Assembly: GCA_964016885.1 (NCBI GenBank)
Contig: OZ024742.1
Location: 374,232,001 to 374,296,000, forward strand
DNA: 64,000 bases
Origin: Eledone cirrhosa
Lineage: Eukaryota
Direction: 5' to 3'
Both the position numbers and the translations under genes were made by a program. Position 1 is the first letter of the stretch. Each line of letters begins with the position of its first letter. Shown piece after piece: positions 24,312 to 37,780 of the stretch. The notes beneath the pieces are model-generated. The model did not search any database. It worked only from the letters and a program-made list of their open reading frames with translations, and was not told the origin of the DNA.

Positions 24312-27180
24312 TATGCAATAAGATTCATCTTTTTGACTCCTACGTCAAAAGTATCAACCCTGACTTCATTACAGTCACGGAAACTTGGGCACATCCCTTA
24401 CTCTGTGATGGGGTTTTCAGCATAACTGGTTACAACCTGTTTCGTAAAGACCGCATTAATTGTCGTGGTGGTGGTGTAATGGTCTACGTTCGGTCAAATC
24501 TGTCGGCAATTCCTTGTGTTGATTTGAACCAATCACAGCAGGAAGTTTTTTTCTGTGATATACGTATGACCATGTCAACACTGCTACTTGGAGTCGTTTA
24601 CCGTCCCCCAAATTACCATCTGGACACTCAACTTTGTGATATCCTCAGAGCTGCTGCCAGGAAAACAGCCACTTATGTTTTCATTGCAGGAGACTTCAAT
24701 CACTCTGAGATTGACTGGGAAACCTTTCGTTGGCCGCCAAGTGCAAATGACTTCCTTGAGCTAGTGCTGGACTCGAATTGGTCCCAAGTAGTCACCTCCC
24801 CAACAAGAGGTGACAACACTCTGGACCTACTCTTCACCACTACTCCTGAAACGGTCATTAGTGTTACTGCTGAGGAACCTTTCGGTGACTCTGATCATGC
24901 TATGATCATTGCCAATCTATCCCTCATGGGCAGTAACAAGAACCACAACCATCTCCAAACTGCTCACTTTGACTGCAATAAAGCAGACTGGAACTGTTAC
25001 TGCACTGAGTTGCAACGGCCAAACTGGCTTGAGTTCTACAACTCTGGAGATGTCAACACTGTACTCCAGAACATCCTGAGCTCAATATGGACAGCATGTG
25101 CAGCATCGGTGCCACGTAAGCGGAAAAAACATCCCAAAAGTTCAATTTGGGAAACTGCAGCAACATCGCAATGCTGAACATGAGTACAAACTGCACAAAT
25201 CAGACATTAATAGGAAGAGGCAAAATAGATCATCGAAACACCTCAAAGAGGTGACAAAAAAGGCAGTGCTTCAATTTGAACAGCACATAGCAACCAGCCC
25301 TGACAGTAAGGTGTTCTGGAAGTATGTTCACTCAAAGCAGAGGCTTCACTCTCCAGTTGGTCCTCTTCACAATCCCCACACAAGCCAGATTACTGATGAC
25401 CCCAAGGAATGCGCAGAACTCATTGCTGAATGCTATGCAGGCATTTTCACTATTGAAGACCAGAGTGTACCGTCTCCACCACCTATGACACCGGATTCTA
25501 TTACAACCATGGAATTTACACCTGCAATGCTGCGACGTCACCTAAAAAATAAATGCAACCATGCCTCTCCTGGTCTTGATGGTGTTACATACCTGCTTCT
25601 TAAACGTGGTGGGTACTTCCTTCTGCACCAGTTATCACGCTTCTTCCAATTCTATCTGAACAACGGTGCTACTCCAGAACAGTGGAAAACTGCTAGTGTC
25701 ATTCCTCTGTTCAAAAAGGATGACCGCACATCACCTGTGAATTATCGTCCAGTCAGTCTTACTAGTTGCATTGCCAAACTGATGGAATCCTGTGTCAGAG
25801 AAACATTTTGGAACTTCTGGAACTCTCACAGTCTTATCCGGCCCTCGCAATTTGGATTTATCCCCAACTCCAGCTGCTGTGATCAACTTATAGAGTTTCT
25901 TGAGGACATCACCCGGATCACTGATGGTGGCTCATGGGTGGATGTTCTTTACCTTGACTTTGCGAAAGCTTTCAATTCTGTGCCACACAAAAGGCTTATG
26001 GCAAAACTCTCTGCAATGGGTGTCAAGGATGATCTTTTTAACTGGTTGAAGTCCTTCATTCTCAGTCGAAGAGAGGTAGTCACAGTTCTGGGACAGCATT
26101 ACTCACCATATGAGATGTCATCTTGTGTACCACAGGGATCTGTTCTTGGCCCCCTCTTGTTTGTGGCATATATTAATGACATAGATGCCAACTTAAAGAA
26201 TGCCACAGTGCTAAAGTACACAGATAACATCAAGCTGTACCTTGAGATAAAAAGGACAGATCCTGAACACTATAGATCTTGCTTGCAGTCTGACCTGGAC
26301 ACAATGCAACAATGGATCTCAGACTGGCAACTCAAGCTAGCTGTGGACAAGTGCACCACCATACATTTTGGGAGTAAAAACCCAGCATCCACATACTCCC
26401 TCCACAACACTAATATCAAGAAGTCTTCTTGTGAACGTGACCTGGGCATTACGGTCAGCAGCGATTTGCGTTGGACGAAGCACGTCTCTAAAATTCTCAA
26501 GAGAGCCGAGGGTGTCTTAGCATCACTCAGCAAGACCTTTGTCAGCCGCTCTCCAGCTATCTATTTAAAGCTGTACATGGCTATGGTGCGGCCACACTTA
26601 GAATTTTCATCACCAGTCTGGAACCCCTATCTTGCTCAGAACATTGACCGCCTGGAAACTCTACAGAGACGTGCAACCAAGCGAATACCCTCCATCAGAC
26701 ATCTACCATACTCTGAACACCTTTCTTCCCTGGGCATGGATACATTGAAGCTCCGACGCCTGGCAACTGACTTGGTAAACACCCACAAAATTGTTAACCA
26801 TCTTGCCAACAACAACCCTGGGTACCTTTTTGATTTCCATGTGTCTAACACACGTGGGCATGCCCATAAAGTCAGAAAACAGTACAGTTCCCATGACTTT
26901 CAGAAACATTTTTTCACGCTCAGAGTTGCTGAAGCATGGAACAAACTACCTGCATCAGTTGTTAGCTGTCAAGACACTGCATCCTTTAAAACATCCATGC
27001 TTCCCGAGATTCGCCAACACTAGACCTAATATTCCCCTCCATACACATACACACATGTATATCATGACTCATACACTATTCACTTCCCTGACATTTGTAT
27101 ATTATTCTATGTACTATACATGCACCTTTGACGAGTTGTAGTGCACCTGAGCACTGTACACAATAATTTCATTATTATTA
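24312..27180 (+). mobile_element. CR1-clade LINE ORF2 (APE plus RT) and 3'UTR, frameshifted
   Basis: ITVTETW, GDFN, SDH, NYRPVSLTS, LDFAKAF, PQGSVLGP, YIND, degenerate YTDN, RDLGI, VRPHLE; (ATT)n tail. Confidence 0.95.
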
Positions 27181-27261
27181 TATTTATCTTAAAATCTTCC
27201 ATCATGATTTTATGTAACAACTTTTGTTATGTTCCCAACACCAACTAAATAAAGAGAAAGT

Positions 27262-27642
27262 TACTCTTAGGTCCCAAACAATAAGGTGGATTAAAATAAG
27301 TGGGGGATATAAGTGATGGAGTTGGAATAAATGGGGTAATTATTGTAGGTTGTCTCCGTTGATTTTTTTTTAAACCAGAATTAGTCGTTTAGTTTACATA
27401 TTGAGACCCCCAACCTATTCTATTTATTCTATAACATATGGAATTTCTATTAATGTACTTTTTTTGTAATGTATAATGTTTTTTAATGTTTAAAGAAAAT
27501 TAATTGTTGCGGGAATGCTACCACTTAAAATAATATTTCTCCGGAGATAGATTATCAAAATTTAATTAGTGGAAGGTTGGAAAAAATCTGAAAAATTGGT
27601 AAGTGGTGTGGGGGGGGGACGATTATTTGAGACCCAAGATTA
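27262..27642. mobile_element. Tc1/pogo-type MITE
   Basis: Imperfect TIRs tactcttaggtcccaaacaat / attatttgagacccaagatta. Confidence 0.6.
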
Positions 27643-27924
27643 CATAGAAATGAATATAGTATTTATAAAAAATTTATTTAAAAATATAAAGAAACAATAT
27701 GGGAGAGAATGCACACATTTAATCACATACCAAGAGGTGATGGAGTTTTACCGCAAACAATTTTTTTCAGACAAGCTTATATACCCACAGTATTGCTGCA
27801 GGTGATAGAGAGACTAAGATATTGAAATAACCAAGTACCCTTGTTGGCATCTCCTAGGTAAGGCCAGCCACTAACAATGAGAAGGACCTCCTTGTCAGAG
27901 GCCCATTTCCATCACCTCCTTCAA

Positions 27925-28346
27925 GCGTCTCTGACTGACCACTGACTTGGTAGAAACTCACAAGATTATTAACCATCTTTCCTACAACAACCCTGAGCTC
28001 CTTTTCAAATTCCATATGTCTAACAGCCGTGGACATGCTTACAAAATCAGCAAACAATACAGCTCCCATGACTTTTGGAAACATTTTTTTCCTGCTCAGA
28101 GTTGCTGAAGCATGGAACAAACCATTTGCATCAGTTGTTAGCTGTTGGGACACTGCATCCTTCAAAACTTCCATGCTTCCTGAAATTTGCCAACACTAGA
28201 CCTGATATTTCGCCACATCTGTGTGTATATCATGACACATACACTGTTCACTTTCCTGACATTTGTACATTATTCTATGTACTGTACATACACCTTTGAT
28301 GAGTTGTAGTGCACCTGAGCATTGTACAAAATAATTTCATTATTAT
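27925..28346 (+). mobile_element. CR1 3' fragment
   Basis: Homologous to 26750-27178. Confidence 0.9.
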
Positions 28347-28479
28347 TTTTAAATAGTAATTTCCCCCTCCTGTTATCCTGTTAAAACAGTCTGAGATATG
28401 CTTCTAATAGAAATTGTAAACCATTTTTAATTTCTCAATCTTACAGCACTAATATTTTCCAATGCTTTTTTTTATATAG

Positions 28480-28587
28480 TTTGGCTCTGGCTGGAATGTA
28501 TACCTAACTGCCAGTGATGGTAAATTTGAGAAGATGTCTGTTGGTCAATTGCTTCCCTTGGGATTTGGGCCGCCTTCATTGAAATAA
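28480..28587 (+). CDS. CDA: Cytidine deaminase last exon (FGSGWNVYLTASDGKFEKMSVGQLLPLGFGPPSLK*)
   Basis: E|FG junction and conserved LLP..FGP..L C-terminus. AG acceptor, TAA stop, AATAAA at 28638-28643. Confidence 0.95.
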   Translation, partial: FGSGWNVYLTASDGKFEKMSVGQLLPLGFGPPSLK

Positions 28588-28655
28588 TTCATTTGAAACA
28601 TGCAAAATATCTGATGGACAATTATTTTATTTACTTTAATAAAATGAAAATATAG

Positions 28656-28808
28656 GTGAACGTATAAAATAACGAACCAATGTAAAGGACGTAATTTGAA
28701 AAATACAACTTCCTATTTATAGGTAGAGAAACGATATGGCCTTGGTTCAAATGTTTATTATTAGCTAAGTTAACCTAAAATATAAGCAAATTCCAGAATA
28801 TTTATTTA

Positions 28809-28861
<53 letters not shown>

Positions 28862-29498
28862 AGGCACATGGCTTAGTGGTTAGAGCATTGGCCTGGCAAT
28901 CGAAAGGTTGTGAGTTCAATTCTCAGACCGGGTGATGTGTTGTTTCCTTGAGCAAGACACTTTATTTCACATTGCTCCAGTTTACTCAGCTGTAGAAATG
29001 AGATGATAGGGACTGGGGTCCATATCATTCCACTGCAAAGTGGTCGTGGAGGTGCCACGGCAAAAAAGCACCCAGCACTCACTGTAAATGAGGTTGGTGT
29101 TAGGAAGGGCATCCAGCTGTAGAAATCAAGCCAGAATCAGTTTCCGTCCCACCCTTGCAAGTAGGGAAAAAGCGGACTTAAAAAACGAAAAAAAAAAAAC
29201 GAAATATAACAAAGGAAATGTGGTAAGGAACCAGGTGGGCCATAACGCACCGAAGTACTCAATACTTAGGGTAGTAGAGTGGGTAATAGGAACGAGTAGG
29301 ACCCCGACGGCTAATTCTGGATTTTAGTCCAGAATTAGCCGTCAAAACGGCTTGAGCTCAGCCGTCGGGGTCCTACCCGTTCCTATATATATATATATAT
29401 ATATGTGTGTGTGGATATACCGTCTGTCTACCCGTAAATAGGAAGTTGTATTTTTCAAATTACATCCTTTACATCAGTTCGTTATTCTATACGTTTAC
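28656..29498. mobile_element. Non-autonomous TIR element (~72-bp inverted repeats) carrying a nested SINE and hairpin
   Basis: 28656-28727 is an imperfect reverse complement of 29427-29498. Confidence 0.8.
28860..29185 (+). mobile_element. tRNA-derived CORE-like SINE family B
   Basis: A box tggcttagtgg, B box gttcaattc, CORE-like ccttgagcaagacactt...ctcag...aaatgag, RTE-derived tail. Inverted copy at 39721-40088. Confidence 0.9.
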
Positions 29499-29767
29499 TA
29501 AAATATATATCGTAAACAGCTATTAATCTTAATAATGTATCCTCTTTATGATAAAACACAGTTGACATGCGTCAACCACTTTGTGCTAACTTTGATTTGG
29601 AAAAGCTGATTTAATATATTTTCTTTAAGGCTGTATCTGATAGTGTTGACAAGATGGTCAGTGGTAAATCAGCAGCTATCTACCTGTGTATTTATCTTTG
29701 GACAATAAAAAGATCTAAATTACATTAAATTAAAAAATAAACAGTTGTTCCTTCTTATTTTTATTAA

Positions 29768-30090
29768 AACAAGACCCAATATCTGGTAAAGAGGACTCTT
29801 CTGCCTGTACGATTATGTTATAACAAAGACCCAATATTTGGTAAAGAGGACTCTTCTGCCTGTACGATTATGTTATAACAAAGACCCAATATTTGGTAAA
29901 GAGGACTCTTCTGTCTGTACGATTGTTATAACAAAGACCCAATATTTGGTAAAGAGGATTCTTCTGCCTGTACGATTATGTTATAACAAAGACCCAATAT
30001 TTGGTAAAGAGGACTCTTCTGTCTGTACGATTATGTTATAACAAAGACCCAATATCTGATAAAGAGGACTTTTCTGTCTGTCTGATTATG
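29768..30090. repeat. 55-bp minisatellite, about 6 copies
   Basis: Unit aacaaagacccaatatttggtaaagaggactcttctgcctgtacgattatgttat; one unit is 3 bp shorter. Confidence 0.95.
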
Positions 30091-31062
30091 TAAGAACCTC
30101 ACTAGTGCGTGTGTCATGATAAAATTCACCCGGTTCACCTTTCAAAGTAGTAGTACTGATGCGATGAAAAAACACAGTACATTCTGTAAGGTGATTGATG
30201 TTAGGAAGGGCAACCAGCCATAGAAACCATACAGAATATGGATATATGAGCAAGATATGGTCACCTGCTTGGTCAAGTCTCAAAAGGTTACAACCCATCT
30301 AAATGGTAGACTGGAGAGCAGATGTAAAACAATGAAGTTGGTGATTTTTATGTATACTTTACCTACTTTTATAAATGGAGGTGAGGTGAATTCCATAAGA
30401 ATTGCAGTAGAGGAATCTGTCTCGGAGACTAAAAACTGACAGAAAGTAAAAGGGACTATTTAGTAGTGTGCCGATAACCTCTCTAGTACCAGTGATTCAG
30501 TAAAATGTATACAGCTGATGCTGTAAATTGGTTGATGGTACAAAGTGTATCCAGCCCTAAAAATCCATGCCATCCCCATTCTCGAAAAAGAATGTGAAGC
30601 AATGAAATTCCGTTATAACGAAATTCATAGGTCTAAAAAAAAAATTGTAACGATAAATTCTTTATAACAAGATCAACCGAAACAAATCAAGCATTTGTTT
30701 GTTATTACCTCGGAGATTGAAAAAAAATTCGTTATAATAGTATTCGTTTATAATTATGAAATAAAAACAAGAGACAGAAAAAAATAAAAGGAAAAAGGAA
30801 GCAAAAATACAAAAGAACGGTTATAAAGCAGCTAAATAAGTAAATATGTACAACATACACTTCCATTCCATTAATGGTAGAAAGGTTACAAACAGCAAAC
30901 TGTAAATTTCACATTAACATGTTAGAAAGGGGCCATGATGAATTCTATTGATTTATATACACTAGGGAGGGGCCATGGGTTCTATTGATTTACGAGTGTT
31001 GAAACTAGATGTGAGTTCTAAATTTCTAGAATAAAATCAACTGTAATTATTACATACACGGT

Positions 31063-31238
31063 GGATTGGGAGTATCGGTAGAGGGTCGGACGCCATGCTT
31101 TCCAGCATAGTTACGTCCCTTTATGATCTGAGTTCAAATCCCGCCGAGGTTGACTTTGCCTTTCATCCTTACGGGGTCGATAAAATAAAGTACCAGTAAT
31201 GCCAGTGCTGGCCTTGTGCCTAAAGTAGAAACAATTAT
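31063..31238 (+). mobile_element. SINE family A
   Basis: Near-identical to 1361-1546 and 46563-46738. Confidence 0.88.
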
Positions 31239-31289
31239 TACATACACGTCCTGATAAAAATATTTAAGAGTCGTCTCCCTTTATATTCT

Positions 31290-31560
31290 GGAGGCGTGTG
31301 GCCTAGTGGCACGATCATAATGTCGTGGGTTCGATTCCTGGATTGTGTTGTGTTCTTGAGCAAAACATTTTATTTTATGTTGCTTCAGTATATTCAACTA
31401 AAAATGAGTACCGGCAATAACTCGGTGGTAAACCCTGCAAACGACTGGTGTCCTTTCCAGTAGGGTGCCTTGTACTCTCAGTTGCTTCGTACCACTAAAC
31501 CAGGATATGCACCTGCGAGACAAACCTCCAGGCTTGGGACAGACTAGACGTTGACTCCCT
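31290..31560 (+). mobile_element. tRNA-derived CORE-like SINE variant
   Basis: ggaggcgtgtggcctagtgg A box, ggttcgattcc B box, cttgagcaaaacatttt core, different tail. Confidence 0.75.
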
Positions 31561-31913
31561 TTATACACTAACTTCTTAATTTAGCTGCTGTCTCTAGAAG
31601 GTACAGTAACTACGTAGATGTTCTGCTGGCCAGTAGTATTTTTCTTTTTGTGATATGGTGTTTAAATTTGATTCATTTCCTTCTGAAACGAAATTTTACT
31701 GTTTCTAGTTGTTTCTAGTTGTTTTCTAAGAGTGATTTGAGTCAGAATACAAAATCTCTATTTTAAACCTGATCTGCATTCAGCTCCCTAGCTCCACAGT
31801 TATCAACCCAGCCAAAACCAGTTCTGGTTCTATGAAATAAAACCACCCATTTTAAAGGTTTCTAATTCAAATAAAAATCTTCCAACATAATTTCATATAA
31901 AAACCTTACATTA

Positions 31914-31943
<30 letters not shown>

Positions 31944-31944
<1 letters not shown>

Positions 31945-34900
31945 CTTTCTTTATTAACCACAAGGGTTTACATAAAGTAGACATTAAGGACAGTACAGGA
32001 CGGTACAAATGGGCATTTCTGCGTGTAAAAAAAAAAAAAAGAGGATGTAACAAAAAATAACAATGAAAAATTCCCCAATAGGGGGGAGACTTCCGAGGGA
32101 CATTTGTGGAGAAAGCCCATTAAAAGGCCACAGTGACCCTGACCACCAGGGCAAGTGCCCTCTCCCAGTTTTCCACCTTTAATTTACAGACACATACTCA
32201 GAGTAGGCCCATTCATTCGGGCCATACTTGCTTCTCTCACCCATCTTTCAACAAAATGCTGGGAAGAGAGCACTTCTCTCTCTTCCCTGATTTTCCTTTT
32301 CAAATGAAATTTGAAAAAGTTAATCAGAGCATCACCGAAAAGGTAAGTGCTCGTCTTGAGCCCTTTCAAATGTGTCCACCATACTATTTCTTTCGCCATG
32401 GCCACCAGACAGATAAAAACTACCTGCCCTTCCCGGCTAAAGGAAGAGGGTGGGGCAATCCTCACGATGGACTCAGCTCATAGCCGGATCCGTTCTACAT
32501 GCGACAGCAGGTGTTCGACATAAACCCACAAGTCAGCAATGCTCGGACACTGGACGAGTGCATGCAGGACGGTTTCGTCGGCCTGCGCGCATCTCGGACA
32601 TGCCCGGCTGACGGCACCTCCATGCCTGTAGAGTTTATCCCGAACTGGCAAAGCTCCTCGGTAGCACTGCCAGGCCAGGGATTTCTGGAAGTTGTCCATA
32701 GGCCCCGGCCCGAAAGTTCTTACGAAGAGATTGGCTAGTTGATTTTCGTCGACGCCTAGAGTGTCTCCAAGTACGTCCTCGCTCTTCCCCTCCACTAATC
32801 CTCTATAGAACGCCAAGGTGGAGTTTCCACCGATCACATTGCCCGATTGGTCGAGGGCTGTGAGCGCCTGAAGACATTCCAGTCTCCAAGCGCTCCCTCT
32901 CGGTCTTCGCTTGACCCAGGACTGCAGCTCCATCAAGGAGACGAGCTGGGGAAAGACGTGTCTAGCAAACGGCGACCACACCTGATCACCATCGAGGAAG
33001 AGGTGGAGATGTCGTAGCCTGAGCGCGTGTCTGCGCATCATCAGCCACGGCATGCCCAGCCCTCCACGTAGCGGGTGTTGACAGCAGATGGACCGCCTGA
33101 CCATCAGAGCGCGTCCCTTCCACAAAAAGCGAAAGAACAAACGCTCCAGCGCAGTCAGGCGGGGCTTAGGACAAGGTACGACAGTCAGGCGGTAGTAGAT
33201 GACAGACGCGATGTACGCGTTAGCCACCTCCGCTCGACCTTTCAGGGATAGCTTCTTCTCCACCCATTTCTGGGTGAGAGAAGCCACCCTGCTCGTCACC
33301 TCATCCCAGTTTTTGTCCGTCTGGAGGTCCGGACCGAACCAGACCCCTAGCAATTTAACCGGTCCGCCCGTCCAGCGCCCGACGACGCTGTTGGACGGCA
33401 TGGACCTGCCTCTCCAGGTGCTGAGCTGCAGGCCCACTGACTTTTCCTGGTTGATCATTGCTCCTGTCACCGCTTCGTATTCTCTTAGTGTATTGCCGAT
33501 CGCCTCGATGTGTTTGGCGTTCGACACCACTACGGTGACATCGTCCGCATATGCTGACATGGATCTTCTGCATCCTAGTTGGTGCGGGACCCCCCTCAAC
33601 GTCTCCAGTTTGTGCAGTAATGGCTCGAGAGTCAATACGTACAAGATGGACGAGAGGGGACATCCTTGGTGGACCGAGCGCATGATGTTGAACGGTTCGG
33701 AAAGGTGACCGTTCACTCTCACCACAGAGCAGATGTCGCTGTGCATGGCAGCGATCCAGCCTCTGAAGACGGGTCCAAAGCCAGCCGCCCTCAGGACTGC
33801 TGCTAGGTAACGATGGTTGACCCTATCGAAAGCTTTCGACTGATCTAAATTGATCAAGGACCCACCCGTGCCAGGTTCCCTAGCTACCCTCTCTACGATG
33901 TATCGCATGAGGTGGAGGTTGTCGTGGATGGATCTGTCAGGAATGGCGCACGTCTGCGCCTCTCCCACCAGACCACCAACGACAAGCGCCAACCTCTTTG
34001 CTAGCACCTTGGCCAAAATCTTGAACTCTGTGTTTAGCAGAGTTATGGGCCTGAAATTATCTGTTATCCCCCTTGTTCGGATCCTTTCTCAGCAGCGCCA
34101 CAGCTACTCGGCTCACAGAGCTGGGAATTCTCCCGTTCTGTTGCCAGTTGCAGTAGACGTCCGCCAAGAGGCCTCCGAACAAGTCTGGCATCTGTACGTA
34201 AAGTTCATAGGGCAGACCATCCAAACCAGGCGATTTACCCCTTGTGCGGCCAGTCATTGCCTCCCTTACTTCAGCGGCTGTTATCGGCTTTTCGCAACAC
34301 TCCGCCTCAGTGGCCGAGAGCTGCGGCAGTCCGTCGAGGTAGACACTAAAGTCCATCCCTCGATCCGGCCCGCCGCTTCCCCCGAACAGCTGGGCGAAGT
34401 GTCGCTGAAAAGCTTCACACATTTGCCCGGGATCGAGTAGCATGCGCCCGTCGTGGTCCACCAAAGACCGGATCGTGGCTTTGTTGCCACGACGCGCCTC
34501 TGCCACTCGGGCCCATTGAACGGCTTTCGTCCCCTCGTGTCTGAGAGCACGTACCCTAGCTCTGACAACGCAGCCTTCGTGCTTTGCATTGAAGAATTGG
34601 TCAAGGGCCAATTTCGCCGCAAGTACGTCGGTCGCGATGCCTTTGCTAAGCGCCTCGTCTAATTTTCTAACTAGTTCTCCCTCTGCTCTATTTTTCTCTA
34701 TTGCTAAAGCCTTACTAAACCTAATGGACTCTATTCTAATCGCTTTTTTCAGAGCAAACCACCACTTGTTGTTGACGATGGCCCCCGTCATCGCACGCTT
34801 AACTAGTTCGCTAATCCGGTCTCTGTAGGCCTTGCGCGCTGGTAAAGACGCATTTAGCTTCCAGTAGCCGGGTCCTTGTCTATGAAGCCTATCTAAGTCA

Positions 34901-37780
34901 AGCACACAGATCACGAATTTGTGGTCCGTGTAGCTGACTATCTTGAATTGTGGACAGCCTATGCTAGACTTATCTATTTCCCTACAAAATACTCTATCTA
35001 GATATGATCTGGATGACCCTATGCGATTTGTCCAAGTCCACATTGGCACATTCGGGAAATCCAATCGGTACCTGTCAGACAGTTCAAAACGCCTGAGCAG
35101 GTTGGTGAGGCTCTTGCACCCTCCTCCCCTATCCGCTAATCCCACACAGTCCCATCGTGCATCTAAGATCCCGTTCCAGTCTCCCACTAACACTAAAGAG
35201 CGGGACGTTCCAAGAAAGGTCTCCAGGCGCCGGAAGAAATCAGGCCGCCCTGCTCCTGTCGGGGCATAGACGGCCACTAGCCTGAAAGCTTGCCCGTCTC
35301 CGCTGGTCACGTCCAGCACCACCAACTTACCTTCTGGGTCCAGGAAGATGGCCCGTATGACGAGATCCAAACCTCTCCGAAAAAGCACAGCAACTCCTCC
35401 CCCCGATCCAGGATGGCTGGGAGATGCGTACACATCGTAACCGCCGAAGATCGGTGCGAAGGCCCATGCTTCGGAGATTCTGGTCTCGCTGATGGCCACT
35501 ACATCTATGTTTAGTGACCTGAGGTTGTTGAGCAGGTGGCCCTGCTTCCATGACGACCCCAAGCCACGCGCATTTATGCTGATTATTCTGAGTGAGGTCA
35601 TGTTGAAATGGAGTGGAAAAGATGGGAAAGACCACTTACTTTACTTCTCGTAGAGGAAGGATGGTTTCTCCATCCTTTTCACTGCTTGTGGCCTCCTCCG
35701 GAAGGATATCCTTATAAATCCTCCTGGAGGGTGCTTGTCGGAAGTCTCCGATGTCTTTGGGAAATTTTTGTTTTAGTGTCGTGTACGTTTTCTGTGTGAT
35801 GCGAGTGATTTGTATGTGTGGAGGTGCTGTGAACTTTTGGGTTGTTGTGTAGTCTTTTTCTGTGATGCTGGTGTTGTGTTGGATGTAGTGTAATAATTGG
35901 TTGTTGTTCAAATTTAATGCTGTGTAGTGTGTATCGTTTTGGTTGTTTTGTTTTGTTTGCGTTTGTTGTGGGTTTGTTTCTGTTTCGCTTTTTAGTGACT
36001 TTTGTGGTGTTGGTGATGGTGGTGTTGGGGTTAATGATGGTGATGGTGTTGGTGTTTGTGGTGATGGGGTTGGTGATGCTGGTGTGGATGGTGGCATAGC
36101 TGTCCTAACTTTTTTGTTTGATAGTTTATTTGTTTCGCTCTGTATTTTGTTTTTGGAGGGGAAGGAAGAGGATTTTTTCTTTTTTGGTTTCTTTTTCTTT
36201 TTTTTTTCCTGATACCGTTTCCCACTCCTCGTCGTCACAATCTGTCTCCAATTGTGATAGGTCGGGGAGTGCAAAATCCTCCACAGGCGTTGGTGTTGGT
36301 TGTGGCGTGGTGGATGGTGTAGGCGCTGGTGCTAGTTCTGGCGCGTTGGGTGGTGGTGGTGTTGGTTTTGCTACTGTTGCTGGGGGTTTTGCTGTTACAG
36401 TTGCTTCTGTTGTTGCTGCAACTGTTGTTGCTGCCATTTCTGCTGCTGGTGGTGTTGATGGTTGAGTCACTGGGGTGGGTAAGAGAGGTGGCCTCAACCT
36501 TTTAGCCTGAGGGCAGAAAGCCCTTAGGTGGGTTCCTTCACCACAAACAACACACCTAGGCCTTCTGACCTCGACAATTACGGTGAGGTGACTGCCATCA
36601 GTGAGGTCTATTACCTCTGGGATCTCCTCAATGCTTTTTTGGTCCGCTTGGATCAGGAGCTCCATCCCAGATCCGGACCAGTTCTCCTGCTTTTCTTTCG
36701 CTATTTTGATTATCTTGGTGTTGGCTTCGATGCCGGCGAGGACGGCAGCTATTAGCCAGGGAATTTCGATGGCCGGTGGAACGTGGGTCACCCTGATCTT
36801 CACGACTCTCTGCCCACAATAGCTTGGGACGAGTGTGAAGTCGTCACTTCTTAATGGGGCCATGGAGTGTTCTCTGGCCTCCTGTGGTGTTTCAAAGAAC
36901 ATGTCTACGGTTCCATATTTCTGCCCACGTCTGATGTGGGGTTTTTTTGCCCACACATGTCCCAAAGCTTTTTGGATTTGGGTCTCGGATGCCCGTTCCA
37001 CTCGGCACGATTTTATGTTAATCGTCCGATAAGACACGGTGCATATGCGCCGATGCTCCATTTTATTAGGTGGGGGTGAGGCTGGCCCTGTACCCATCTT
37101 TCTTTACCATTTTTTTGGCTTCTTCTAATTCCTCCTGAGTTACCTGGAATGCTTTGCACTTTTTTGCTACTCTGGCAAAACTCAGGGTGGTTTTCTTAAT
37201 TTTATTGTTGCTGTTGTTGTTATCGTTATTTTTGTTATTGTTAATTTTAGTTTCAGTTGTGGTGGTGGTGGTGGTGGTGGCATCAGTGGTGTCAGTGGTG
37301 TTCGGTGTGGAAGAGTTCATTTAGGTTGAATTCATTTCGATATCACGAGTTAATTTTTTTTTTTCTTTTGTTTCTGTTGTCGCTGTCGTGGTGGTGGGGG
37401 TGGCGGCTTTAACACCTACAGTCATTGGTAATGGCAGGAAATGAATATCTGCCTGAGACAAATTTAAAATATTGCTACTGCTTATATTTTTAGTGTTGGC
37501 AAACGTAGTAATATTTACAATGGTGGTGTCGGTGTGAGGTGTTAGTTTGTGAGGAAGGTGTGACTCAGAGTCGTCCATGATTTTTCAAAGAAAAATCTTT
37601 GTTTGATAATTATAAAAGTTTAAATTTTGGGCTCAAGGCCCCAATCTTTTTGAGTGTCCTTTTCAGAAAACAATGTATGTGCACTTATATACAGTTAACA
37701 ATAAAAATTTTCCATAAATGGCAATTTTAAACAACTGAAAATAACAAACCTTTGCAGAGCTCAGGATAATACCATTTGAC
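31944..37780 (-). mobile_element. Near full-length Tx1/L1-clade LINE, copy 2 (diverged sister family)
   Basis: ORF1 about 37578-35636 (CVVCGEGTHLRAFC). ORF2 35601-32184 (INARGL, GDWN, TDH, YADD, CPRC). (AAT)n at 31914-31943. Confidence 0.95.

Noticed and set aside
28860-28930. tRNA gene
   Set aside because: A and B boxes are present but there is no cloverleaf or terminator. It continues into a SINE body and is dispersed in copies.
29768-30090. CRISPR-like array
   Set aside because: Head-to-tail 55-bp units without unique spacers, in a eukaryotic context with no cas genes.
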